Made by a program: the position numbers and the translations under genes. The notes beneath the pieces were generated by a model. The model was not told where the DNA came from. It did not search any database and worked only from the letters and a program-made list of their open reading frames with translations. From positions 43,774,001 through 43,838,000 of the forward strand of contig NC_045697.1 of assembly GCF_009834535.1 (NCBI RefSeq): 64,000 bases of DNA, in the 5' to 3' direction. Positions 1 through 11,665 of the stretch are shown in pieces (position 1 is the first letter of the stretch; every line of letters starts with the position of its first letter). The stretch is from Camelus ferus. Lineage: Eukaryota.

Positions 1-51
1 TATTTGTTATGAGAAATTCTGGGGGCAAAATAATTTAGTTGGCAAAGGATT

Positions 52-380
52 TGTTATGGGATGAATTGTGTTCCCCTAAACTCATATGTTGAAGCCCCAA
101 CCACCCAGTACCTCAGAATATGACTGTATTTGGAGATGGGGCCTTTAAAGAGGTAGCTAAGGTAAAATGAGGCTGTTAGGATGGCTCTCAATCCAGGACC
201 ACCTGAAGACACAGGGCGAAGACGGCCGTCCACAAGCCAAGGAGAGAAGCCTCCGTAGAAACCAGCCTGTCAACACCTTGACCTCAGACTTCTAACCTCC
301 AGGACAGTGAGAAAATACATTTCTGTGTTTAAGCCACCCAGTCTGTGGGACTTCTTCACGACAGCCCTAGCAAACAAATG
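52..380 (+). mobile_element. MaLR solo LTR (MLT1A/B-like)
   Basis: tgttatggg.tgaattgtg..ccc start and tttaagccacccagtctgtgg...agccctagcaaac end resemble MLT1 consensus. Confidence 0.8.
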
Positions 381-1175
381 GAGACGTATGCAGATCTTTT
401 ACAGAAGAGAATGCAGTTCATAAACTAAAGTACCCAAAGCCAGAATGGAAATTCTTATGAAAGAGATGACATTTGAGTTGGGTCCTTAAAAAATGAAGAA
501 TTGCTGACACCCAATGAGCTTGTAATCATTATTTCGAGTTGGTCTGCTTGTTTTTAGAGAAAAACACTTCATCTGTTGCCAAAAATGAGTAAATCTGAAA
601 CCCCAAACTTAAAGTTGTAGTTTTTTTTATCAGTGAAATAAGCACAAGCAATAAACTAATTGAAGCCTTCTTCAAACAGGAATGTGTGTCAGACGCAACC
701 TCAAAGCTGTCTGTATTGCTTTGATAGGGTTCTGTGGCGAGCTAATCTTAGGGGAACAGATGACAAAGCAGATTAGGTGCATTGAATCTATTTGCATCTG
801 TTGCTGAAGCGCTTTTGCCGTGGTCAGCCCCGTCTCACAGGGATGGATACGGTGCACAGCCATGCAAGGGCATCCTGACTCCCTTGTTTGCCCTTGAAAG
901 CTGCAGAGGTGGGAAAACCAAAACCACGCTTTGCTTCCCAGACTGCCTTGCAGCGAGGGTCCTAGACATGAAGCAGAAGACACCATAAGACGCAGGCACA
1001 CCTCTGGAGCTCCTTACTACCTGCGTGACCCGGAGGTGCTTACTCTCTCTCTCTCTTTTGTGACAGGTTTAGGATCAATTTTTATTATATTCATAAATAT
1101 AAATGGGATAGACTGAAAACTGCCAGATTGTCTTTTTTAATGCAGTTGTAATTATTTATTAGAGACTTAAAAAAA

Positions 1176-1362
1176 TTTTTTAAGTGAAGTTGATTTGCAA
1201 TGTTAGTTTCAGGTGTACAGTAAAGTGACTCAGTTATACATATACAGAAATATACATTTTTTTGTTTTCAGATTCTTTTCCATTATATGTTATGACAGGA
1301 ACTTGAACATAGTTTCCTGTGCTACACAGTAGGTCCTTGTTATTTATCTATTTTATACATGG
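1176..1362 (-). mobile_element. L1 3' end fragment
   Basis: tgttagtttcaggtgtacag..gtgactcagttatacat, the reverse complement of an L1 3' terminus. Confidence 0.8.
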
Positions 1363-1384
1363 TAATGATTCTTGCGCTCTCTTT

Positions 1385-1530
1385 ACCTCCTGTTCCTTGT
1401 CTGTAAAACAAGAAATAATGATAGCATCTACCTCATAGGGTTGTTATGAGAACGAAGTGAGTTAAATTATATAAATTCCTTAGCCTGGCACATGGTTAGT
1501 TTCAATCGATGTTAGCTTAATTATAATCTT
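1385..1530 (+). mobile_element. MIR fragment (other MIR-like fragments near 12030-12250, 15840-16040, 17255-17440, 18960-19110, 32020-32240, 58170-58390, 59140-59400, 59840-60010)
   Basis: MIR core tctgtaaaa..ataatgatagcatctacctcatagggttgttatgag. Confidence 0.7.
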
Positions 1531-2501
1531 TGTTGTTGTTATTTCGCAGGCAGAAGCGAGGTGAAGGCCATCTTCCTGCTGTGAAGCTGTCTTCCTCTGG
1601 CAAGAACCGCCCAGGGGTTTTCTACAGCAGGTGGGCCTGTCCTGCAATACGTTTTTGAGACTCATAGCAGAGGCCCAGCCTAGTCCCTGCAGCAATTTCG
1701 TAAGTGCTTAATTATCTTTTCAGAAATCCCTTTCTGCATAGGATATGTGAAGTGGTATCTGTTTCCCACAACTGAATCCTGAGCGATCCACCCACGGGAG
1801 CCCTTTCAGTCTCCCATTGCCCATTTACAGTTGTGGAAATGAACAGGAAAACTGGCTTAGGAGAAGGCTGCACAGAGCTGTGTCAGTTGTGGCCAAGTCC
1901 AGCCTGGAACCCAGGTGTCCTGCTCAGGGCTTTTCTGTAGATAAGACTCAAGGAGGGTGGCCTGTCTAGACCTGATCAGCCAGCTGATCCTGGTGATCTC
2001 GCTCCACCTCCCCATAGAGCCGACAGCAGAGAAGGGGGAGGGAGGGAACTTACACTTACTGACGTTCCCTGTGTGTAGGACACTCCTCTAGAGGCAAGGG
2101 ACCGATCTTATTCCTCTTGTGTCCCCAGTACTGGCACAGTCTGTCTATCACATGCCTATCAAATGTCTGTTAAAAGATCTGAACTGAGCTATTTTACAGA
2201 ACTCACACATCTCCACTGGAAAGTAAACGTTTCTGAGGAAATCAAGGGAAAAATGCCAATGTGCTTATTTCTGTGCATGTTCACTTGGGTGTTTTAGGTT
2301 GAGCTTACCGTGTGCTTTATTTGCTTTTAGCTGGGAATGAAAATCCTAACACAGTAGAATCTGATAAAACTGTTTCGACCACGGCACCTCTTTCATTCAA
2401 GATTGCATTACTTTTCTCCTAAATAAGTTCAATTAAAAAAAAAATTCAGATTCTGTGACTACTAGCTAGTAAGTGTCCTTTTGTTCTTAGTCAAAGTTCT
2501 T

Positions 2502-2744
2502 GGGGGGCAGGGTGGAGGATAGTTCAGTGGTACAGCGTATGATCAAGGTCGTGGATTCAATCCCCAGTCCTCCATTAAAAAAAAATCTAATTACCTACAC
2601 CCCTCCCAAAAAAACGAAACTAGAAAAAAAAAAAAACTCACCCGCATGCTTTTCGTGGGGGTGTATAACTCAGCAGTACAGCATATGCTTAGCATGCACA
2701 AGGTCATGGGTTCAATCCCCAGTACCTCCATTTTAAAAAAAATT
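2502..2744 (+). mobile_element. Two tandem tRNA-derived SINEs (camelid vic-1-like)
   Basis: Each has an A-box-like tagttcagtgg/taactcagcag and a B-box-like ggttcaatcccc, then cctccatt and an A tail; AAAGTTCTT flanks the pair (2493-2501, 2745-2753). Confidence 0.85.
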
Positions 2745-3330
2745 AAAGTTCTTTGGGTTACAAGTAAGAGAAACACAAGCAAAGTAAACATAAACTGAAT
2801 AAGAGGGTTTATTATAAAATGCAAGGTCCCTCCATAGATTCCAAGGACAGGATGTGCCGTCAGGTTCACAAAACATGGAACCAGGAACCAGAAAGCTCTC
2901 AGATAGCTGCTCTGTCTCTCTCCCAGGCTATCTAAGGTGTATCTACCTTTGCTTTCTCAGCACATCTACTTCTCTGTCTCATCTCTCTGTCTCTGTGTCT
3001 GTCTCAGCGCCTCTCTGCAGACAGGCCCCTTAGGCTCTACAGGTGTGTGGTACAGGACGGCTGCCCCACAGCAGTAGCTTCAGATCCCTGTTCAGAGGGC
3101 CTCCCACTTGCAGACCAGGGGTCACCCTCCCGGATCTCTAAGTCTTAATTTCCCAGAAAGGAATGACTAAGTTCAGATTGCAGTTCCATCCCTGGTCGGT
3201 CAGTCAACTGTGGCAGGAAAGCATGGGCATCACAGAGTAGGAATTCACTGCACAGAATCAACTTTGTGGACAGATGGGAGTAAGCAAACACGCCATAGTA
3301 TATGCCTGACAATATCCCAGGGAACAAAGA
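2745..3330. mobile_element. Old MaLR (MLT1-type) LTR interrupted near its end by the SINE pair
   Basis: Removing the insertion gives tgttcttagtcaaagttctttgggttacaagtaagagaaac, an MLT1-like terminus. Confidence 0.55.
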
Positions 3331-5429
3331 TTTTGTAACTTTAGTGTGAAATTGATATAACTCTTAAACTGCTTGCATATAGGAGTATCCATGCTCCACG
3401 TTTTAAAAATTATACTCTTTGTATATGAATGTGTAATCACTTGCAGCAACTTAAAATAACCCACATTAACTCTGTGGCTTTAGTATTTCCCTTATACAAG
3501 CAGTATGACATGGCTACTCTGAGAATAGTTATCAAAGTAACTAGAAAGTTAACTAATGAGATAATTAAAAATAGAATCCTAGATGTTGCTGGGTGGCTAA
3601 ATCATGCTCGGCATGCAAATTAGGCCATTTGGAAGGGACATCCATTTATTTAGGCCACCAGGGCACCATTTAAGGAATTATTGTTCTGATTAGTGAGGGT
3701 AAATAAGACACTAGTGACTGAAAAATTTGAAGCTGTTTCTAAAAGCTCTAATTTGCACCCAGGGAATACCAAGAAGAATCTGGGTGGAATAAATAGCCAG
3801 ATAAATAATGCAAAACAGAATCTGGGCAAAAGTGTAAGTCATATTTGAGAGCTCAGGTACTGATGTGAAGATTTGAAGTGTGCTTTGTAGGAAGATGACC
3901 ATAGCAAATTGATTGACACGGGGCTTTGACATTGGGCTGTCAGGATCTAGGGCATGAGCTTCCATAGGTACATGCCTGAGCTTGGGGAAGAGTCCCAAGA
4001 CGGCAAATAGGAGGTCTGGAAGGAGGAGCAGGCCCCTGTCCTCACTGGGTTCCTGGCACCCCCTCTCTATACAACCTGCTCTCACCACTTCCCTAAAGCA
4101 AGTTTCCTCCACTGTGGGAGTATAGACTATCAACACAATTTTTGTTTAACGTCCTCATGGGTAGTTTCTAAGCACAGAAAGTTATTTTATTTCTAAAAAT
4201 GAGTATTTCCATTATTTAAAACCTGATTATTTCTTAATCTTTGAAGAAGTCACAGTTTTTAAAATATAATTCTCTTTATAAATCTAGGCAATTTTAACAT
4301 TCACCTTAAAGGTAGATTTTTAAAAGGAGTTCCCTTAAATATTTCCAATGACATTTATACTTTTAACATATTTGATTTACCCTTCGAGTACTGCTTAAAC
4401 AAATAAAACCAATAAAACCCTCCCATATTCTTAGGTACTTTAAAATCTAATAAATTAAACTTATAACAACTCAACTTAAAATCAGGAGCTGAATCAATTT
4501 CTCAGTTAGACATTTAACTGAGAAATATCAACCCAAAAATATTATGAAAATAGGCCAAATTCTCTTAAATATCTAAATATCAAATATGCACAGTTTCTTT
4601 AGCCCAAAGACATTCATGTATAGGTGTATTTTCCCTAAACACTCCCATCCTTAATGCTTTCTGAGGTTGAGAGATGCTCACCCACCAAGGAAAAGATGAT
4701 GTCATTCCACACTCTTTGGGAATTACCTTCTCAGAGGCTTGAAAGGTTGCAGAACAACCAGAATTTTCAGCCCGGTCAGCTTTTCTCACAACCTTGACCT
4801 TGGTTCCCCTCCCTTCTATAGTCGTTACAGTTTTTATGCCATCATTTAAGCAGGGGTGGTGAATAACAGGGCTGACTTTTCCATTAAGCAGAGTGGCACA
4901 CTGTCTGGGACCTATGATACTTTTAGGTTCCCATGAATATATTCTAATTTCTTTTAAAATCAGAAGAAAAATATTAATATAATATTCACAGTAGCGAATA
5001 TATAATACCAAATCAAGCTTGGAGTGTATTCATCTTTATATTAATGCAGTAGTAAAATACAATTTTTAATATTTTTTTACCTCAAAGGCAAAAATACCCA
5101 GGGCCTATCAAAGTCATAATGTGACTAAAAAAAAAAAAAGAAGAAGAAAAAAAAAAAGTCATAATGTGACCCTGGCCACTTAGCCCCCTTTACTTTCCTG
5201 GGTGTGAGTTCTATCTATCAGGCCATAATTCTTAAAATCAGTCTACAGGGTTCTGACACCCCATCTAGATGGGGCCCCTCATGCCAGTGCATCTTGTATT
5301 TCTCTGGCTCTTCAGGTATTTAAGTTCCTGAATTCTCAGAATTTTGCATTCTTTTTTTATTTTTACTATCTTGAAGGGCATATGACTCTTACGTATGTTC
5401 AAATGCTATATACAGTTAACAACATTTTG

Positions 5430-7670
5430 GACAGTCATTTCATAAAGGAAGTTGTTCAGATGGCAAATTAAGCACATAAAGAACCTCATTAGTCATCAGA
5501 GCAATGAAAATTGAAACCACAGTGAGACAGAAGTATACGCCCTATTTGGGCATATAATGGCTATGATTGTTAAAACTGACAACAGTGAATGTCGGTGAAG
5601 GTGTGGAACAACCAGGACTCCCATTCATTGTTTATAAGAGTGTGAAATGTTACAGTCACTGGGGAAAAATTTGGGGCAGTTTCATAACGACCCTATGACC
5701 CAGCAATTCCACTCCTGGCTATTTACTCTAGAGAAATGAAAATGTATATCCATAAAAAGACAGATAAGAATGTTCTAAGCAGCTTTATTCATAATATCCC
5801 AAAATTGGCAACAATCTAAAATGCCCATCGATAGAAAAATAGATAAACAAGCTGTGATATATTCATACAATGAAAACTACTGAGGAAAGAAAAAAGAATG
5901 AATTCTGATACAACAGTGTGAATTAATTCAAAAAACATTATGCTGAGTGAGAGTATTACACAAGAGTATATAATATATGGTTCTAGTAGTAGTTTTTTGT
6001 TTGTTTGTTTTGTTTTGTTTTGTTTTGCAGCAGGCTAAACTAATATATGGTGAAAAAATTCTGAACAGTTTCGCCTTTGGGGATGGGAACAGGGATTTAT
6101 TGGGAAAGAGTTTGAGGGAACTTTCTGGAGTGATAGAGTTTTGGGTTCACACATTTGTCAAAACTCATCCAATGTTACACATAGGATTTGTGCATTTTAC
6201 TTGTTAAAAAACAAAATTCAATGGAGTAAATTTTAAAGATCTTACTGGCTTTATTCAATGATTCATGAATCAGGCAGAGTGCCATCTGGCAGATAGAAAA
6301 GAACTCTGAGGAGCTGTACCAAATGAGAGACTTCTATAGGCAGAAGGGAGCAGGAACAAAAAAGTTATACTTGGCAAAAAAGCAGGTTGGTTACTGCAAG
6401 GTCACTTTGCTTTAGGGGATGGCAAGTGTCTCTCAGGCTGATTATTTAACTAGTGCTGATCCAGTGATTCCTGACTGACTGATTTAAGATTCCATTTCTA
6501 GGATATGCTGAAACTGTATCTGTCTGTTTAGCAACATGAAACTTAGCATAAGTGACTTCATTTTGGGCCTGTTGTCTTGTTTTTAACACACTGTATGTAA
6601 ATTTTACCCCAAAACAGAAAGAACCACAAACAAACATTGAACTATAGGTGGTAACATGCATGTTGAAGTCTTTAAGAGTAACACTTTCTGTGGCTTACAT
6701 TGCAATATCAAAAAAATAAGATGATGGGCAGAGGATTTAAATAGTCATTTCTCCAAAGAAAATATACAAATGGCTAATAAGAACACGAAAATATGTTCAG
6801 CATCCTTTTTCTTTAGAGAAATGCAAGTCAAAACCACAATAAAGTATCACTTCACACCAACTAGAATAACTGTAATAAAAAAGACAGACAATAATAAGTG
6901 TTTGCAAGAATGTGGAGAAATTAGAACCCTCATGTATTGCTGGTGGGAATGTAATATGGTAGAGTCATCATGGAAAAACATTTTTTAAAATGTTAAATGT
7001 AGAGTTATCATATGACTCAGCAATTCCACTCCTAATATATATAATAGATATATATTATTATACATATCTACCCAAGAGAATTGAAAACATGTCCACACAA
7101 AAACTTGTGCATGAATGTTCACAGAAGCATTATATATAATAGCCAAAAATTGAAAAAACACAAATGTCTGTCAACCAATAGATGGACAAATACAGGTGGT
7201 ATATCCATACAATGGAGTATTATTCAGTCATAAAAAGGAACAATGTATTGAGTCATACCACAACATGGAAGAAAAAGCCAGACACAAAAGGCTACGCATT
7301 GTATGATTCTTTTTGTATGAAATGCCCAGAATAGGCAAATCCATAGAGACAAGAAGTAGATGGCAATGTAGAGTGACTGCTTAATGGCTATAGGATTTCT
7401 TTTTGGGGTGATGAAAATGTTCTAGAATTAAATAGTAATGGTTGCACATCCTTGTGAATATATCAAAAACAACTGAAGGATGTATTTATGATATGAGAAT
7501 TGTATCTCAGTTAAAAATATAATGGATTGATGGATAGGATAGAGATATGGTTAGAATAAACAGCAAAATGTTAATTGTAGAATTTAAGTGGTTACTCTAT
7601 GGGTATTCACTGTATGAGTCTTTCAACTTTTCCATATATTTGCAACTTTTACGATAAAATAATAGAAAAA
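5430..7670 (+). mobile_element. Old L1 (L1M-type) ORF2-end/3' UTR fragments, nested
   Basis: gaaatgcaagtcaaaaccacaat, tatgacccagcaattccactcct, atatccatacaatggagtattattcag; degraded ORF2 C-terminus-like peptide at 6770-6988. Confidence 0.85.
6202..6588 (-). mobile_element. ERV1-type solo LTR inserted in the old L1
   Basis: Ends TGTTAAAAA...TTTTTAACA; imperfect 4-bp TSD tact/cact; L1 context gtgcattttac|tgtatgtaaatt rejoins when it is removed. Confidence 0.75.
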
Positions 7671-8004
7671 AAATGACCAATTTACACAACTTTAAGTTTA
7701 TTGGTTGGTTTATTCTACCAACATATATCAAAGACCCTTTTAAAAAATAAAAAACAAAATATAAATTGATGATAGGTGATAAATAGATGCTATAAACCTT
7801 TGATGCAACATGTTATATGGTGACATGTTACCTCTGATTCACCTCACAGAATCTCCTTAACGAATTTAGGTTTAGGCTTTTGGAAATAAACACCTTTTTT
7901 TTTTTGGCTTTGTCACATTCCTCCCCTGAGGAAATGAGCCTGGCTGGGTATTTGTTCTATAGGGAAGACTAGAAAGAAAAAAAAAAACCAAAATAAAAAC
8001 ATAG

Positions 8005-8133
8005 GTTGGTAAAAGTGTACAAACTTTCAACTATACGATAAATAAAGTCTGAGGATCTAATATAAAACAAGACTATAGTTGATAACATTGTATTATGTAC
8101 TGGAAATTTACTTAGAGAGTAGAATTTAAATGT

Positions 8134-8183
<50 letters not shown>

Positions 8184-8320
8184 AAAATAATTTGTGAAGT
8201 GAGAGATAATTAACTAGGAGAGGAATTCTTTCACAATGCATACATATATCAAATCACCATGATGTGCACTTTAAATATCATACAGTTTTGTCAATTATAC
8301 CTCAATAAAGCTGAAATTTA
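8005..8320 (+). mobile_element. L1MA-type 3' end carrying a (TC)n(CA)n microsatellite at ~8134-8184
   Basis: gtacaaactttca...tgtcaattatacctcaataaagctg. Confidence 0.75.
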
Positions 8321-8362
8321 AAGAAAAGTTTTTGAAAAGGACATATAATAATATATATAAAA

Positions 8363-8869
8363 CAGCAGTTCTTAAAATGTGGTCCACAGTCCACAAAGGG
8401 TCCTGGACATTCTTGAAGGGGATCTGCAAGGTCAAAGTTCTTTTCATAATAATAGTAAGATGTTATTTGCTCTTTTCATTTTCATTTTCTCTTGAAAGAA
8501 CAGTACAGTTTTCCAGAAGCTCAGTAGATGATGTTGTAACAGACTGATTGCAGAAGATGAGATAAGAATCCAGCAGTCTTCTATTAAGCCAGACAGGAAA
8601 GGATTTGCAGAAATAGAAAACAATGCCATCCTTCTTACTAATTGTTTTGTTTTAGAAAATAGACTTATTTTTCACAATAGTGATATTTACATTGGTATTA
8701 AGTGTGTTTATTATAGTCATTTTTAAATAAATAAATCCTTTAAATTTCTCAGTTTTAATATCTAGTACTTTTAAATATCACAGATATAACCCACAGAAAA
8801 TTACTTGGGATGCCAATAATTTTTAATTGTGTAAAAGGGTCCCAAGACCAAAAACTATGAGAACCACTG
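8363..8869. mobile_element. hAT-Charlie non-autonomous DNA transposon
   Basis: Terminal inverted repeats cagcagttctt / gagaaccactg (CAGTGGTTCTC type). Confidence 0.7.
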
Positions 8870-9149
8870 CCAAAGTTTTATTCTGCCAAACACCTGATAA
8901 GGCAGAAAACTCTGCTGCCACTGAAGTGGAGCATGAAAACATATTTATTGAATGAAAGGTATCCTCTTTATTGTTAGCTGAGTATGCTGTAATCCCATAT
9001 TTAATTAAAATAAATGTGTGTGTGTATAACCATGGGGAAAATGTATAGAAGGATGCATGTCAATTAATGCTAATTATTTCTAGGCTATACGATAATAATA
9101 TTTATTTTCTTTATTCCTTTTCTTAATATATTAATTTAAAACATTTTTT

Positions 9150-9307
9150 CAACATTCTTTCACTTTTTAATTTTTCAATTAATTAATTATTTTAGGGTAG
9201 GGAGTTAATTAGGTTTGTTCATTTATTTTAATGGAGGTACTGGGGATTGAACCCAGGATCTCGTGCATGCTAAGCGCACACTCTACCACTGAGCTCTGCC
9301 TTCCCCC
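9150..9307 (-). mobile_element. tRNA-derived SINE (camelid vic-1-like), TSD TAAAACATTTTT (9137-9148, 9308-9319)
   Basis: ggaggtactggggattgaacccagg...ctctaccactgagct. Confidence 0.88.
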
Positions 9308-9958
9308 TAAAACATTTTTATTGCAGTAAAAAACACATAAGATAAAATTCACCATCTCAACCTCTTCAAGTATACAACCCAGTAGAGCTAAGTGTGTTCA
9401 CATTGCTACAAACCAGATCTCCAGATCTTTTACATCTTGCAAACTTGAAACTCTATACTCATTAGACAACAACTCCTCACACCCCTAACCCCCAGTCACT
9501 GGCAGCTGCCATTCTACTTCCTGTGTCTATGAAGCTGACTAGTCTAGGAAACTCATGTAAGTGGAGTCTTTTTTTTTTTTTGGTGATTGGCTTATTTACT
9601 TAGCATAATATCCCCAAGGCTCATCTCTGTTGTAGCATATGACAGGATTTCCTTCTTTTTTAAGACAATGATATTTCATTGTATGTATATACCACATTTG
9701 TTTACATTTATTCACTAAAAGACATTTGAACTTCTTCTACATACACCAGTTTTTTTTTTTAAAGAACTTGAAATCATTTTAGAAACAGAAATAAAGTTAT
9801 TTCCATTTTGGAAAAAGAGAACACCTACTCCCTCACGAAGCACAGGTAACAAAAAGAAGGAAAGGGAGATACAAAGGTCTGTAACTTGGTTGACCAGCCT
9901 GTTGTGCAGGATTCCTGGGAAATTAATCAATGATGAAGGAAAAGATTGGCCATAATCC

Positions 9959-10396
9959 TGTCGATGAAAAATTAATAGTCAATCTAAGAAAGAAGTGGAA
10001 AATTTTGTTTGAGCCAGATTTGAGGATTATAACCCGGGAAGAACATCTTAGAAAGCTCTTAGAAGTCAAGGCACAGCTAAATAAGTTTTTTGAGACAGAG
10101 GGCTGTACATTAAATGACATTATCATTGACAGTTTACAAAATCCAGATCTAAGTTCATCGTGACCCCATACAGGATCAAGAAGGAATGTTATCTTTTAAG
10201 GAGTTGTCTTGTTGATGCCAGGAGACTGTTGCTCTTCATGGCTGAGCAGGTATTTCTGCTGATGGGGAGGTTTGCTCGAGGCATCATGCAGATACACAAT
10301 GCACAGTAGCAGGGAGAAAGGAGGCCAAAGGACAGAGAAAACTTTATATGCTTAAATTTTTCTTGTTTTGCCATAAAATAAGAATTTTATTTTACA
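9959..10396. mobile_element. ERV1-type solo LTR, TG...CA ends, 4-bp TSD ATCC
   Basis: atcc|TGTCGATG...TTTTACA|atcc (9955-9958, 10397-10400). Confidence 0.7.
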
Positions 10397-11034
10397 ATCC
10401 CAATATCCATGAAGAAGAAATAAGGGTTTGGCTTCTTCTCTGCACACAAAATAAAGAAATCTACCTAGAAGCTGTAATTTACCCTAATTTGACCCTTTCA
10501 CTCTGGACATTGGAGTCTCCCCTACCAGCTCTCTCACCATACACTCTTCTCTCCAATTTAATACAAGAAAACTCATCTAGACAGTCTCTGACTTCCTCAC
10601 AGGCTGTATGAATATGATCAGGGAGTCTGAACATTAACCATGCTGTAAGGAGAATTCTGTCCCCAGAGAGCTAAAACCATTGTAAAATCCCTCATTGCAC
10701 CTTGCTTTATAGACAACCTGATGGTGTATTTTTAGTATTCTTTTTTTAAGTGTCCATAAAACCTTTTAAAAACTTTTTATTATGGACAATTTCAAATATA
10801 CACAAAAGTAAATAAATAGCATGAAGTATCTCTGTTACATTTATCTATTGCTGTGTAACAGATTATCCCAAACTTTGTGATACAAATCAAGAACAATTTT
10901 ATTATGTTCATGGATTCTGAAAGTCAGGAATTTGGAGAGTGCATAGCGGAGATCCTCCAATATATACGTGTTCAGCAACACGATCATCTTTGGAGCAACT
11001 GCCACACCTGCAACTTTACTTTTGTGTGACTTTT

Positions 11035-11665
11035 ATTTATTTTTTTAAATTATAGGTTACTGCAAGTATTGAATATAGTTCCCTATGATATATAGAAGGA
11101 ATTTGAGGTTTGCAAATACTAAGAACTATATATAAAATAGATAAAAAACAAAACACAACAAAACTCCCAATTTATCCCTTCCCACCCCTTTTCCCCCTGG
11201 TAACCATAAGATTGTTTATTATGTCTGTGAGTCTGCTTCTGTTTTGTAGATGAGTTCATTAGTGTTTTTTTCTTTTTTTAGATTCCACATATGAATGATA
11301 TTATATGGTGTTTTTCTTTCTCTTTCTGGCTTACTTCACTTAGAATGATGATCTCTAGGTCCATCCATGTTGCTGCAAATGGCATTATTTTATTCTTTTT
11401 TATAGCTGAATAATATTCCATTGTATAAATATACCATAGCTTCTTTATGCAGTCATCTTTCCATGGACATTTAGGTTGTTTCCATGTCTTGACTATTGTA
11501 TACAGTGCTGCTAAGAATATTGGGGTGCATGTATCTTTCCGAATTAGAGTTCCCTCAGGATATATGCCCAGGAGTGGAATTGCTGGATCATATGGTAAGT
11601 CTATTTTTGGTTTTTTAAGGAATCTCCATACTGTTTTTCATAATGGCTACACCCAACTACATTCT
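11035..11665 (-). mobile_element. 5'-truncated cetartiodactyl-type L1 with an internal micro-inversion
   Basis: Reverse complement of the L1 at 46939-47510, e.g. tctctttctggcttacttcacttagaatga and ggatatatgcccaggagtggaattgctggatcatatggtaa. Confidence 0.9.

Noticed and set aside
2502..2744. tRNA genes suggested by A/B boxes
   Set aside because: No complete cloverleaf; followed by SINE tail, A-tract and TSD.
3711..5011. 141-aa and 143-aa minus-strand ORFs
   Set aside because: Non-ATG starts, no recognisable domain or exon structure, partly overlapping transposon-like sequence; consistent with chance.
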